From the human T2T-CHM13v2.0 reference genome, Homo sapiens, in NCBI RefSeq assembly GCF_009914755.1, contig NC_060927.1: 64,000 bases of DNA. One strand, written 5' to 3'. The position numbers and the translations under genes are program-made. Below the pieces are notes generated by a model. That model was not told where the DNA came from. It saw only the letters and a list, made by a program, of their open reading frames with translations, and ran no database searches. Positions 1-13,331 of this stretch are shown here, piece by piece. Numbering within the stretch: position 1 is the stretch's first letter; every line of letters begins with the position of its first letter.

Positions 1-595
1 CAACATGGTCTTAACAGCAATGCAATAAAAAATGTTATCATACAGGTTGATGAGGTCCTACTGACCAGAGGCTTGATGTACTGGGTATTGTCGTATAAAG
101 TAAGTATAGGTGCATGATTTGACTTTAACCATTATGGGCTTTGCTCAATGGTGATACGGATTGTTACAGAAAGAGCAGTCTCACTAAACACTCTCAACAT
201 AAAGAGAATGCTTTCTTAAGTCTCTTGCACCAAGTCAGCTTTCTTACATTTTGAGAGTTTCTTATTTAGCCTGAGAGGTTTAGTTTTTAATAATCAATGA
301 ATTGAAATGTTCCAGAATGCCAAAGAGGCTAAGTTTAATAAAGGGGTTTCTCTGGGCTATGCCACCTGAAAATATGTGTAAGATTAGATAAATCCCAGAA
401 GTAAATTTATTTGGATCAGCTGTCAGTAAGGTACTCAGGACTAGACATGCAGTTTCTGTCTTAAAGAAGAAACAGGTTTCTCTGCCCTTGTGCCTAAAAT
501 GCACCTTGGCCCTTGTCTATGGGTGCAAACTGGCCCTTTGACCTTTGTTGTAATTAAGAGACCAGCCAACTCATTTAATAAAGAACTATATTCCA

Positions 596-911
<316 letters not shown>

Positions 912-1899
912 GAACTAGCTTCCGGACCTAAATCTACTTAGTTGTTGATTCTTCTTAGTTGTTAAAACATAAAATAGATTATATATGTCATATTTGTGTT
1001 TAAAAACATAAATTTTATGTATACTCTAAAGCCTTTTGTACTTTCATTTATCTGACTTGGTAAGAAAGATTAAAAATGCAGGTTTGGATAGGTCTCCAGA
1101 GATTTACATTCTTTCTGGTCTTACCCCTCACTTTCTATTTTCCAGCCCCAAATTGTGAATTTCTGATCTATTTTTGAATACATTTTAAATTTAAAATCCT
1201 AAGGCATGCAAGACCATCTTTAATCTACGTAATATGCCTTTTCATTTTGTATGTTTTAAAATCAAAACCATTCAAATAACATGAAACGAGGTAACTGGCC
1301 TGCAGAATTTGAATGCAAAGATAACAAGTGAATTTGTGAGATTTCCCAGGGTTTTTAAAGCTCCTGGAAATAAGGAGATAAGGGATTAAAAAATGTTGGT
1401 ATGCTCTGAGTCACCCTTGGACCTACCTCTATTGCACTAACTACCGCAGTGCAGAACTTGGTAAATGTAGTTCTGCTTTGGACTACTTCCAGCAACATTA
1501 TTCTTTGGAGTTCCAGAATGCTTCAATAACAAGTTTGGTTTATCTATAACTTCTGCTATGTCAGTGACTCCAAATATAACATTATAGCCAGGTCCTTGTG
1601 CAACTCTCTGAAAATACTGATGGCTCCTTACAACCTATTTCTACAACTAAAATAAAAACCTACCATCAAACCTCCTTACTGAAAAGCTGCAAGTTTTCTC
1701 TAGACATTCTGCTAAATAACAGGCTGTCAGTATCCTCCAGAAAGCTAAACCTAAATACTAATACCTACCACACAGTACATAATATCCATGTGTGACCATA
1801 CAATTAAGCCCACAAGTGCTTTTCCTGGTCCTGAGTGTAATATAGGTGAAAATGCCCAATCTTTAACCTTTATTTTTATTTTTCTAGAAATTATCTTTA

Positions 1900-2065
1900 T
1901 TTTTTAAACTTGATGTATTCGTATAAGGTATAAAGATCAAATGAGGGTAATTGGGATATCCATCACTTTAAATATTTATATTTTCTTTATGCTAGAAATG
2001 TAGAAATCTTTGAAGTATTCTAGCTATTCTGAAATGTACATACATTGTTGTAAATTATAGAAATT
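1900..2065 (-). mobile_element. Old L1 (L1MA-type) 3' end fragment
   Basis: Resembles recalled L1MA 3' UTR: gggtaattgggatatccatcac...tctagctatt.tgaaatgtaca. Boundaries approximate. Confidence 0.65.
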
Positions 2066-2284
2066 CCTCACCTTTAACTCCACTGGTTTATCATGTTTAT
2101 TTCTTTTTGTAAACAGGCCAGATGCAAGACAGGATAAACTCTTACGTAAAAAATATTATTTTTCTAGATTTAAAAAATTTATTAGGCTTTATAGTGGATC
2201 CCTGTGAGTTAAGTTCTTTCTGGATTCTAGACCTTTGCAGGTAGTGGGTTGTCGTTCTCTTCCCCTGCTTCTTCTCTTTCTGTC

Positions 2285-2583
2285 TTTTATTTTTATTTTT
2301 ATTTTTATTTGAGACAGAGTCTCGATCTGTCGCCCAGGCTGGAGTGCAGTGGCGCAATCTTGGCTCACTGCAAGCTCTGCCTCCTGGGTTCACATCATTC
2401 TCTTGCCTCAGCCTCCTGAGTAGCTGGGACTACAGGCACCCGCCACCACGCCCGGCTAATTTTTTGTATTTTTTAGTAGAGACGGGGTTTCACCGTGTTA
2501 GCCAGGATGGTCTCAACCTCCTGAACTTGTGATTCAGCCTCCCAAAGTGCTGGGATTACAGGCATGAGCCACCACGCCTGGCC
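2285..2583 (-). mobile_element. AluY with (TTTTTA)n tail and small left-arm deletion
   Basis: AluY-type positions (ctgcaagctc, gttagccaggatggtctc). TSD tttctgtctttt on both flanks. Confidence 0.95.
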
Positions 2584-5500
2584 TGTTTCTGTCTTTTAAA
2601 CTTCACTTTCACCTGGAAGTCTTCCCCCATTAGCCCAGACTAGCTAATGTGCCCTGGTTTGTTCTCCCCAAACACCTACCAGTTATCTTCACATGGACTT
2701 AAAGTTTACTGTGGTTGCTTAGTTCATTAAGTACTTCTCCATTTGGTCTGTAAACCCTCTTAGTGCAGAGGCTGTACCTGCTTCATTCTCCTTTGTCATC
2801 CCCAAAACCCGGCTCAGAGCAAATACTAAGATATTTCTTTGAGTAAATGAATGGTGTCGTCAAGATATTGTGCATGTCAAATTAACTTAACCTGTGCCAA
2901 AAAATGAGTTTTTAACTGCCTATCAAGAATGTAACCTCTTTCTTGTGTTCCTAATGATTAGAAATCATAATGAAAAGAAAACGTGACCTCTAAAAGAAAC
3001 TCTACAAAGCAAAGGCAAGAGCAAGTGGAGAGTACATCTAAATACAGAAAAAAAATCATACTATTTACGAGTTAGAATGGGAAGGTTGATCTCCCAACGG
3101 AAGACCAGCCTCCAATTAATGGGATCATTCCGTCTTTTTTTTTTTTTTTTTAAGCACTGCTGCACTTAACAGCTGTCAGCGATAAACTTACCTGTGTTCT
3201 GGAACTTCAAGGGAGAAAAATAAAACAAATTTCCCAAGTTACTCTAGCTTGCAATTCAACAGAGAAGTGCAAGTTACTGCTTGGTTTCATTTTGTTTGCT
3301 TTGTTTTGTTTCTAGCTATTTCTGCTCTCCAAATATCCCCAGCTTCCAACTCATACAAAACCCACACGTATAGTTGAAAAACCACTGTAGGATGGCCAAG
3401 CAAGTTTCCAACATAAAACATGGCTGGGAATGCTTGCTGCTGTGTGAGCTAAGGAGCATGGGATGGTAAACAGAATGGACACTTGGCCAAGGCACGGTTA
3501 TTTTCTACTGCTTTTTTTTTTTTTTTCTACAGGATGCTACTATTGCCTCCAAATGTCTTTTTAGGCTTTTTAGGCAGTTAAAAAGGTCATACTGAGATTC
3601 CGAGGTTTAGAAGGTGGGTGCTTAAGTCAGAATCTTTATTGCGAGTATGGGGCAGATAAAAAGTAGAATGAACTATTAGCTGTGATTGATAGTAAAGAGA
3701 CTATGTCAGTGGTAATGTCTGGGTGCTAATCATAGGTATGTGTTACAGAGATGTGGGAAGCATTTTCTTTTACAATCAGCACAGGGATAAGCGAAACTAT
3801 AGAGTAAACTATGGCAGTGCTTGGCTCCCCAGGGTCCAATTAGGAAGCATGATAAATGACTTGTAAGGTCTCTTCCCCACTGATCTGTGGTGGATATAAG
3901 CTGACATTCTCCGTGGAGTCCTAGTGAGTAGTCTGCCTACTCCCATCATACATCTCAGTACATAGGAACACCTTAAATTGGAATTCCAAACTCATTATGC
4001 CATGCTGTGTTCTTACTTGGCAGGTGTGTTTCTTCACAGCAGTATACAAGGGGAGGTGTAAGGTGGGATCTCTCATACTGATTTTTTCCCCATCAAGGTG
4101 CTTTTTTAGTTTAATACCTACAAATAACTTGTGATGATGAAAGAATATCATGAGGCTGCAATGACTGTATAAGGGAAATTGTTAACTAAGCTTAATTTGT
4201 ATCTTGCCTCTTCAGAAGTCAAAGCTTTCTCCAGATAGGTGGGATAAGGGCTTGGTGGTGCTTGCATGGCTAGTAACCAGTGTTTAGAAGTGAATGTCAA
4301 TACTATCAAAACCTTTTCTTTGGTTTTGTCTGAAAGATGTCAAAGAGAACATGCATACGTAATGCCTGGTAAATATGGTGGAAAATGTAGAGAAAGGAGC
4401 CAAGGAACAGGTTAAAATTAAGGTTCATACTTTTTGGGTTATCATAAGACATTTGTCAGGGGCTGGTACTATCTCGATGATTTAATACTTGGGAGAGTTT
4501 TTTTTGCTGTTGTTTTTTGTTTGTTTGTTTATTTGTTTCCTCTATGTACTACCACTTTTTAAAAAGGACTCTCACTCCATACAGTCTCTGAACCCAGAAC
4601 TAAGTTCCCAAAGGAAGGACTTCCTTCCTGTCTAAACACAACAATGTTTCTCACAGTCGACTGCTATGCCCATGTTAACTGGCACATGAGGCAGACTCGA
4701 GAGCAAGCAGTGCTGCCGTGCACTCTAAAGACCAGAGGAGCCTGTGTCAGTTTTCTGTCCATCAAGATCCTGGTCTTCTCACCCTTTGGGGCAGCATGCC
4801 AACATTTTCTGCTGCAAAATTTCATTGAGCTCCTCTTAGGCAGCTTTATTCCTTTTAATTAAAAAGACAAGACTGCCAATTACTTAAACCTAATCCCCAA
4901 ATGTAACTGTTACTTTGAAAATTTTTTTTTCTATAAAGCTCATAGAAGAGCAATATTTCTATCAAATTAAAATTTAGTGGAAGCTTGGATTTTTGTTAAA
5001 AAAAATATTCATTTTCAAATCCCTGCTGGCTCTAGACATCTAAATAGCACAGCAAGGCATTAAGGACAGGGAGCTCACCAGGAAAGGCTGACTGGTGCAG
5101 GCAGATCCAGATTCGAAAACCAGGAAGAGGCATTAGAAAGGAGTTCTAGGCACTAGAAAGGACTAAACATTCTCCTATCTTTAAATTGACTCTGTAGGAT
5201 TTTTAGTCATTTAGCTTGAAGCTAAATGTAAATTTTGAGAGAAATAACACTTCCAAGCCCTTGTTGAACATTTAAATAATGGTGTGAATAAATTTTGGAT
5301 TTATTCTTGCTAGCAACTTTTAGCAGGGGAGAGAACAACAGTTTAGGAAACAGAGTAGAAGGAAGAGTAAAGAGGTGGGGGAGATAAGACACAGAAATGG
5401 GGAGAAAACCTCCCTATTACACTGTGTCAAAATCATTGGATTGATGAGTGAACCATTGATTCCACATGAAATATTGGTACAATTATCCCGCTTGAGTCTC

Positions 5501-8500
5501 TAACCACTAAAGAAAATCAGAAGGAAATCAGACTATTGTTCCCATAAACGAGCCAGGGAATTAGGTATGAAGGTCAACTCAATAATTTTCATGTGTATTA
5601 ATCAGAGCCAATCATTTTGTTGTAAATTGGTGCTGACATGTCTGCCTAAATTCTATTTGTAGTAACAAAGTCCTTGTTTCTGCTAACCAGTGGGAAGGAG
5701 AGACATATTTAAAAAGGGAAATCTTTCCTAGGACATACTTTATACCCTTGACCAGCAAAAAGGGCAGGTCCTTTAGGCTGATGGGTTGGCAGTCATGTGG
5801 TACTGTGTATGAAGGGCATCCGCTGAAAGTGTGTGAGTGTATATGTGTGTGCCACACAACCAGGAACTGTGTGCAATTTTGCAGCTCTTCTTAAATGTAA
5901 TATTATGATATTGGTAAGAAAATAATGAAAAATATTTTTTATTTGGCCTTAGGATGCTTCTACATTAAAACTTCAGCAGTGTGGGGATTTCAGAAATCTT
6001 TAGAATCCATAATACATCAAAATATAATAAGAATACATTGAACTTATATCTAGCTGATGTCCATGCAACATGATACCAGTATACCTGCAAATATCAGTGC
6101 TTTTAAAAATTATAAGACACATGTGTATCTGAATATGATTATTTTAAATTCAATATGCCTTCTAGGAACTTGAAGCTCTCTTTTGTATATTATTTAAAAT
6201 ACCACTTTGAGCTTGTAGGCATGAAAAATATAATTTCTTTCCCATTTCACAGTTGGAAAAACTGAATTACAGGAACAATGCAAGTAATTATCCATGATTA
6301 ATAGAGGTGTATATGTAAATCAGCCTGAATAAGTGTGTGAAATTAGATGTACCGATGCCAGATAGCTCTGCTCAAGTTTTTAAAAAATGAATGCTTTCAT
6401 ATAAATCTGTGTGAGTTGGGCATACATCTCACTGTGCTAAGCATATTTGAAAATAGATTTTGTAAAAATGTACAGACGTTAAAGTAACTGAGTGTTATAA
6501 GCATTGCAATACATAAAACAAATTAGATGAACATTTAAAATCCATTGAAAAGATGCATATCTAATGAACATGAATGTATACACAAGGGTGATTATTAATA
6601 TACTATAGATTTGTATATGTGCCTGGGTGCAATAAGGGGTAGGTTGAAATGTAGGTGTCCTTTGATCATTAAAAAGTGTGGGAGAAAGGTGCACGTTTCT
6701 TTCTTAGGGTTTTGGGAGTTGAGTTAATACAGGCAAAAGCCCTTTAAACTCTAATGGTACATGAGAAGGCCGTTATGTATGTTAGCTGTTGTTATTATTA
6801 ATATTATTACCATTATTAAACAAAGCAAAATACTGTTGTATTAAGGAGCTGAAAATAAGCTTTTTCTTTTTAATACTAAGGATGGTATTATACAGAAAAT
6901 AAATGAAACTGGAAATTATTCAGTGATCTTCACAGCATGGGATATGTTCAAAATTTTTCTCCCATTTTACCTCTCATCCTTTTGGAATTTGATTTCAAGA
7001 ATGTATTACTGGGAATGCCAGGTGAGGGCAGGTACGCCCTCTCCTCTAACTGTAGATAGGATATGGCTGTTCTGATGCCAGGCCTGCCTGTAGGAACATG
7101 AGTCCCCCTTAGGGAGAAAACATGCCAGGACGACTTCAGATTTCTGCAAGCCTCGCTTGTTTGTGGTTTGGATTTTAATTTCTTTCTAAACTTTAATTTT
7201 GGGAGTGGGGGTTTGTTTTGTTTTCTGAAAAAGCTTTGGACAGCTGTATTAATCATGCAAACCCAGCCATGTGCAATGCATTTTATCAATGGAAAAACAG
7301 GGATGGAATGGCAAGCAGCTGTGAACAAACCTGGTGCCATGCCTGAACCTGAAAGATAATCTCAACATTTCCCAAACCCACTTGCCACACGGGGTTAGTG
7401 AATGGAAAGGCTGTTCACTTGGGATAAATAATCAGATGGGAGGCAAACAAGTGAGACACATTCCAGGATTTGTTTTGTTTTGTTTCAAAGTGGCAGTGAT
7501 CAGAAAGGGATAGGCTGATTGAGTCCAGAGAGCCCCACGCTCAAGGGAATTTTTCGCTTGAGAGTTACATAAACAAAACGGTTGTTTGCCCTTGTCTTTG
7601 CCCCTTGTTTCACGTCTTTTTAATTTTCTGAGGCTGGTTTCAACACTTCATTCTGAACCTACGGTCCTCAATGTGAGAATGTCTCTGGGTGCACTTCCAT
7701 TATGAAGAAGAGCTAGGCACAAGTAAACTGATGGGGAGAAATGTTATCATTGCTCAGTACCCAGAAACCTCAGGAAACAATGTCAACCTCACAAAGTGAG
7801 AAAAGTTCCCCCAGACATTGAGAGCTGACTCTTTCCTCATTTTGCAATTCAGTGGATTTTCTGCAGCAATATAGTAGGAGGTATTTATGCAAATTTATGC
7901 AATTCAGGACTCACTTCAGAATAAATAAACCTAAATTAAAATTAATGGAAGAAAACACCTATCAGAAACAGATCAAGGATAGAACACTATTTTATTTGTA
8001 TCTTTTAAACTAAGGAGGAGGAAAGCAAGCTGGTTTTATATTTTGTTTTGTTTTTGGCAGATGGGGGAAGGATATTTGAAAATTTCTGATTGGACACAGC
8101 CAATATAAATTACCCATTGGTGGAATTCCAGTATTATTATTATCACTGCAGAAAATCAAGCAATATGATGAAGGAAACCCAAGGGAAATGCATTTGATTT
8201 ATTGAGGCTTGTTTTTGTTTAATCACAGCTTGAAGGGGTTAGGACTACATTCCTGCTGCGACTCTGCTGTGCATCCCCAGTCATCTTGATGAGCCATGTA
8301 GAGTGGGGATAGGAGGGAAGATCCTCCAATGAGAGATATTAATAATAAAGCAGCTGAAATGAAACATACATCTTTGTGAGGTTGGAAATTAGGAAAGAAA
8401 GTTTTCCTTTTTATAATGGGAAGGCAGAAAAAATCTTTGTAACTTTTGAAACACCCACTTTCAAAACACCTTAACAAAATTAATTGCCTTAAAATTTTTA

Positions 8501-10737
8501 GGCCATTTTACGTCAACCAATCTCTAAGAGACAATTGATATTTTAGGAATGAAATTTAAGAGTTCATAAAGATGGTGACAATATATGATATTCAATTAAA
8601 TGAAGATACCTTGCATTATAGCTATGACCACAGTGAGGCATGCTTCTCATAGATATTTGGGTACTTAACTGGCACCATAAAAATGCTTAAGCATCCTATT
8701 GTTAGTATTTCTTTCAATGGGAAGCTGCATTTCGCTTGGGTTAACCTCGATTGGAAAGAGGAGAAGAAAAGTGATTCAATCCCTAAGAAGTTAAAGTCCT
8801 TGTAAAGAACAGAAAACTTAAGAGGGGACTATCTTTGTATAGCAAACTCTCACGCCAGCCATCCGTCTTAATGAACAGCTTTTCAATTTCCACTAGCCGA
8901 AGACCAAAGTATTAGTATAAGATAAACTATATTCTCTAAAAACTATTGGATCTAAGAAAGCTAACTACAGTCTACCTACAATGTAAAATCAAACTAGGGT
9001 CATTCTCCAATCAACAGTTCAGTTTGTGGGAAATATGAAGTTCAAGAAAATCCCTCGTGTTCCATCCCTAGTCCAGACTGTTTTTCAGTATCCGACAGCT
9101 GTCTTTTGTGAACGGTGTCTGGCTTCACTTTGTTGAAAGTTACCTATATCATAATGCACGATTAGATAAATACTTGAGTTGGTGGCTGCAGAACTGCTCT
9201 CACAAATGATACCTAGAGTCACAGTGATAATGTACAAAGCTCATCTCAGATGGGGCATGACCTCTTTGAAAATGCTATCCAATGGTACAAATGCGTATGT
9301 GTGTGTTTTTCATATCAATATATTTGCAAGAGGGCAACATGATAAAGTGATGTCAATCTCTGCAGCAACACTAGAACATAAATGTGTTAAAATAATTGTG
9401 GTATGTCAGGAATTCAAAATGGGATATTTTCCATGAACAGTAAGTATCATGTCAAGTCTAAAAAACAGGCACATTTTAACAGTCTTATTTTTAGTGGCTG
9501 GGATTAGAAACAGATTTCATTGTTTTAGGGAAGTTTTTTTTTTTTTTTTTTTGCTATTCAACAGAGTTCTTCTAAGCTTTCATACTAAAAATAGTTTGTC
9601 CTCTTTTTAAAATTTGATAATAACTCTTATTAAACTGTCTAGTTGATCCTTGAAACCTTGCAATCCTTAGTTCGAAAATAATTAAAATATATTTGCATAT
9701 GTGAATGCATATACATGCAAAACATTGCATTATTGACACTGAATATCTACACACAAGTTTGCAAGAATTTATAGTTTGGACAAATGTTAATGAAACATGA
9801 TTCATCTTCAAACTTATAAAACAGCAGCTTTCTACCTTTAATTCTGAGCACATTGCCTTTATGGTGTGTATGATAATCTTGCTTAATTGGATTTATTTTT
9901 TCCACGCCAGGTCCCGCATGGCCTAGTTTCCGTTTTTTTCTCAGGTCTTTGAGTGCTATTTGCAAATCACTTTTCTGGAATTTAATTTCAATGGTAGGTT
10001 GGTTTCATTTCAGATTTTTTATATTGTTTTAATTTTATTTGCCAATTTCCCTTTAAATAGCCTTAAGCTAGAAAGTTGTGGCTGCACCTTGCGTCTAAAT
10101 ACGATGTAGGAGGCAAAATTTAATTTGAGTGCATAGAAAGTTTATGAAAAGGAATTCTGAATGATTATCTTGTTTTTTCATTTATGTTTTCTAAGACAGG
10201 TACATTTAAAAGGAAAGAAAAAAAAACCATGAATTGGCCAAGATTTTAAGAAAAAATAACATCTTTGTTATAATCCGGTTGAGTTGATTAACCTTTAGCA
10301 ATATATACATTAATTTTTATAAGTAATACCAATGACTTCAGATTCAGACTGTATAAACTTCCAACTGTGAGGGTAGTCAGTCAGAGAATTGGTATTTTTG
10401 TGGCTAGAGAATTTAACTGGCTGTGTCCCAAATATGTGAGTTCCTAGTTCCTTGTAATAAATATTGACTGTAGAAAAAAATTGCTTGCTGAGTTTAGTAT
10501 TGCCTTCACAGCTACTGACCAATTTGAAGATGAGTCAGATAATAGTCTTGTTCCATGCCTATTCAACTGGTGTTGGAAGCAACTAATTGGCTTTTTAAAA
10601 AAGGTTTAAGGGAAAAAAATGATTTATATTGTATGTGAATTTTTTGAATGTGTTTTCCCCCCTTTGTGTGTTTTGCATGTTAAAGATGATGGAGAATGAC
10701 CCAGGAAGAGAGCTACAGTGATAAAAATCATACTGAC

Positions 10738-10773
10738 CTTGAATGGGGTGGGGGATTGTGGGTAAAACACGTT
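10738..10773 (-). CDS. LSAMP: LSAMP alternative cassette microexon (36 nt, phase 1-1) encoding (K)RVLPTIPHPIQ
   Basis: ttttttcccctttag|AACGTGTTTTACCCACAATCCCCCACCCCATTCAAG|gtcagt. Frame-preserving after the TTC A| exon end. Peptide resembles the first half of the recalled 23-aa insert of the rodent LAMP splice variant (KRVLPTVPHPIQEIGTTVHFKQK). Confidence 0.88.
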
Positions 10774-12988
10774 CTAAAGGGGAAAAAATAGTAATCATCA
10801 TGGAGATTTTAAATATTATATATATGTATCTTTCTCATGTTTAGTTATTCAAACAATTATACAACAGATGAATTTCCATGCTTACAGGATCATATCTCTC
10901 ATAAAACATTTGTCTGTACTTCCTATTAACATTAAACTATCAAAGAAATTTATTAACAAAATTAAAAATGCAGAGCCTTTAAAAAGTTTAGCTAGTATAG
11001 GAGGACAACATCAGATTGTGATAACCCTACATACAGAATCCTACTGGAAAAAACCCACCACCAAGATTTTAGATCTTTTAGAGAGTTGAAGTTGAGGGTA
11101 TTTATAATCGTGATCAAATTCAGGTGATACATCTTGGTCTTGGTTCTCGTCTCTTTAGCTCATGATAGATGAACGTGTGTCAGCTACAGACTTCTTTCCT
11201 CTCTCTAAGCCGTATAGTTCACATCAGCTTTAGCCAAGCATTTGAAAAATTTACTGTGGACAATACTAGCTCAACTTTTCCCTTAGGTTTTTACTTTACA
11301 TTACTGATACCAGTATAGGAGTAACATCAAGGTAATAAATTCTTAGCATGTTATAATTTTATTTTTAGTCTATTCCTTAATTCCCCCTCTTTTTATAATA
11401 CATTCTTACCCGAAATTTGATCAACCAATCAAATTTGCTTGGTGATACATCCTGTTGAGTATAATAAGAAGTACTTTTCTTTTGAACACTGAGGTCTTAG
11501 CTTAAAAGTATCTGACAGTCCCATACATAAGCTACTGACCATAGATGGAATGTACTGACAGAGTTCAGAATTTAAGGTGGCCTTCATTTATCTCATGAAA
11601 GACCTAAGATTAAATTCTCTTCTGGGGCTTTTTCAGAAATATAGAATGGAATAGTAGGGATGGGATGTATTATTTGCTAACTCCCAAATTATATGATAGT
11701 GTAACATAATTAGCACACACTTTTCTATGTTTCTCCTAGCAGCTTGATTAAATAAAGACCAATGAGAAATGAAAATCAACAAAAATCAAAACCACAATGA
11801 GAAAGGCATATGTGCATATTCAAATCTGATAGCCTACCATCTTGTGCCTTATGCTTAAAAAGAGTAGATTTTACCTGGACTTTGGGCACTGGATACATCT
11901 GGACACTGAGAAAACTCAGTCTCCTTGCAGAGTCAGCTTTTCTCCAGCTTGGCTGAAGTTGTCACTTAAATATGAAAGTTTCCTAAGTCCATTAAGATGG
12001 AGCAGGTCAACAGCAGCCCAGTGAACAATTGTGTGTTAGTTACACAAGTGTCAAGTAGAAAAATGGTTTAAGCCTCCACTGGTTATTTGGTATTAAGTTT
12101 CTAGCTTTGAAAATAAATAGCTAAACTGCTTTTAGCATTTATGTAGCAGTTGGAGACCACTGTTCCATATTATACTCTTTCTACTGAATTTTATTTTTAT
12201 TATTACTATTATTATTAGACTGTTTAAATGACTCAGCTTAATATTTTCTCATCATGCTGTTCACAGCTGGGTAAATGCACTCTGCCCTTATTTCCACATG
12301 ACCATTTATATTGCTAAACCATCTTACCCACCCTCCTTTCAGTGCCTTTCAACTGCTTCTCAGCTTGTTATTACCGTCTTAGCTCCACCCTGTTATCATC
12401 GTCTTAGGCCTATCACGCCCCATTAGTTATTCTCATTCTCTTAATTCCATCCTATTCACGTATCTTTCCTTAGATGCTTCTCCATCCCAATTTTTATTCT
12501 TATTCTTTGAGCATTATTCTGCTGCTGTTTTACACTTCATGCTAGGGTTTGCAGGATCTTGTAAGAGTGTAAAGTGAAGTAAATACCACTTATAAGGAAA
12601 ACGAAACTTTCCAACTTTTGATTTTCAAACTAAGGGAGGGCAGAACCCTTGGTGCTATGCACTTCTCCTTTGGCAGCTGCTACTTGAGGAGGAAAACACA
12701 CTTAGCAGCTGATTGGGAGATTTTGGGAACAGAACTATAAGGTTGGCCCTATATATGCTGTGGCTATATGCACAGCTATATGCTGTGGCTCTTAGCAAGG
12801 TCTCTTAACTCTCAGCTTTGGTTTCTTACCTGCTAAGTGGGTGGGCGAGGGGAGGCGAGATGTATCCACAGAGCCCATTTAAGGAGTTTGCATCTAGTGC
12901 TTCAAACTACATGTGGGTAGATAGCAGCTTAAGCTGTTTTATTGTGTGGCATCTAAAAGTAGCTGGTTAAAAGGCTTTGCCAAGTCTT

Positions 12989-13221
12989 CATTCTGTGACC
13001 CAGGTTAGAGTGCAGTGGCCTGATCTTGGCTCACTGCCTTCTGCCTCCCAGGCTCAAGCAGTCCTCCCACTTCAGCCTCCTGCGTAGGTGGGACCATGGG
13101 TGCACGCCACCATACCTGGGTAATTCTTTGTATTTTTGGTAGAGATGGGTTTTTGCCATGTTGCCCAGGCTGGTCTCGAACTCCTGAGCTCATTACAGGC
13201 TTCAGCCACTGTGCTTGGCCT
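12989..13221 (-). mobile_element. AluJ-like element lacking a poly(A) tail, with a ~37-bp left-arm deletion
   Basis: Alu consensus match. Perfect 17-bp TSD aggctttgccaagtctt at 12972-12988 and 13222-13238. Confidence 0.92.
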
Positions 13222-13331
13222 AGGCTTTGCCAAGTCTTGACTAGCATCATCAAGTGCTGTATGTTTAAACAGCAAGCCTTTCCGATAATAAAATGCTTTT
13301 TAAAGAAAATGGGGAGGCCCTCATTATAAAG

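Noticed and set aside
10745-10762. G-runs on the plus strand over the microexon as a G-quadruplex
   Set aside because: Only three clear G-tracts, and they simply reflect proline codons; the RNA strand is C-rich.
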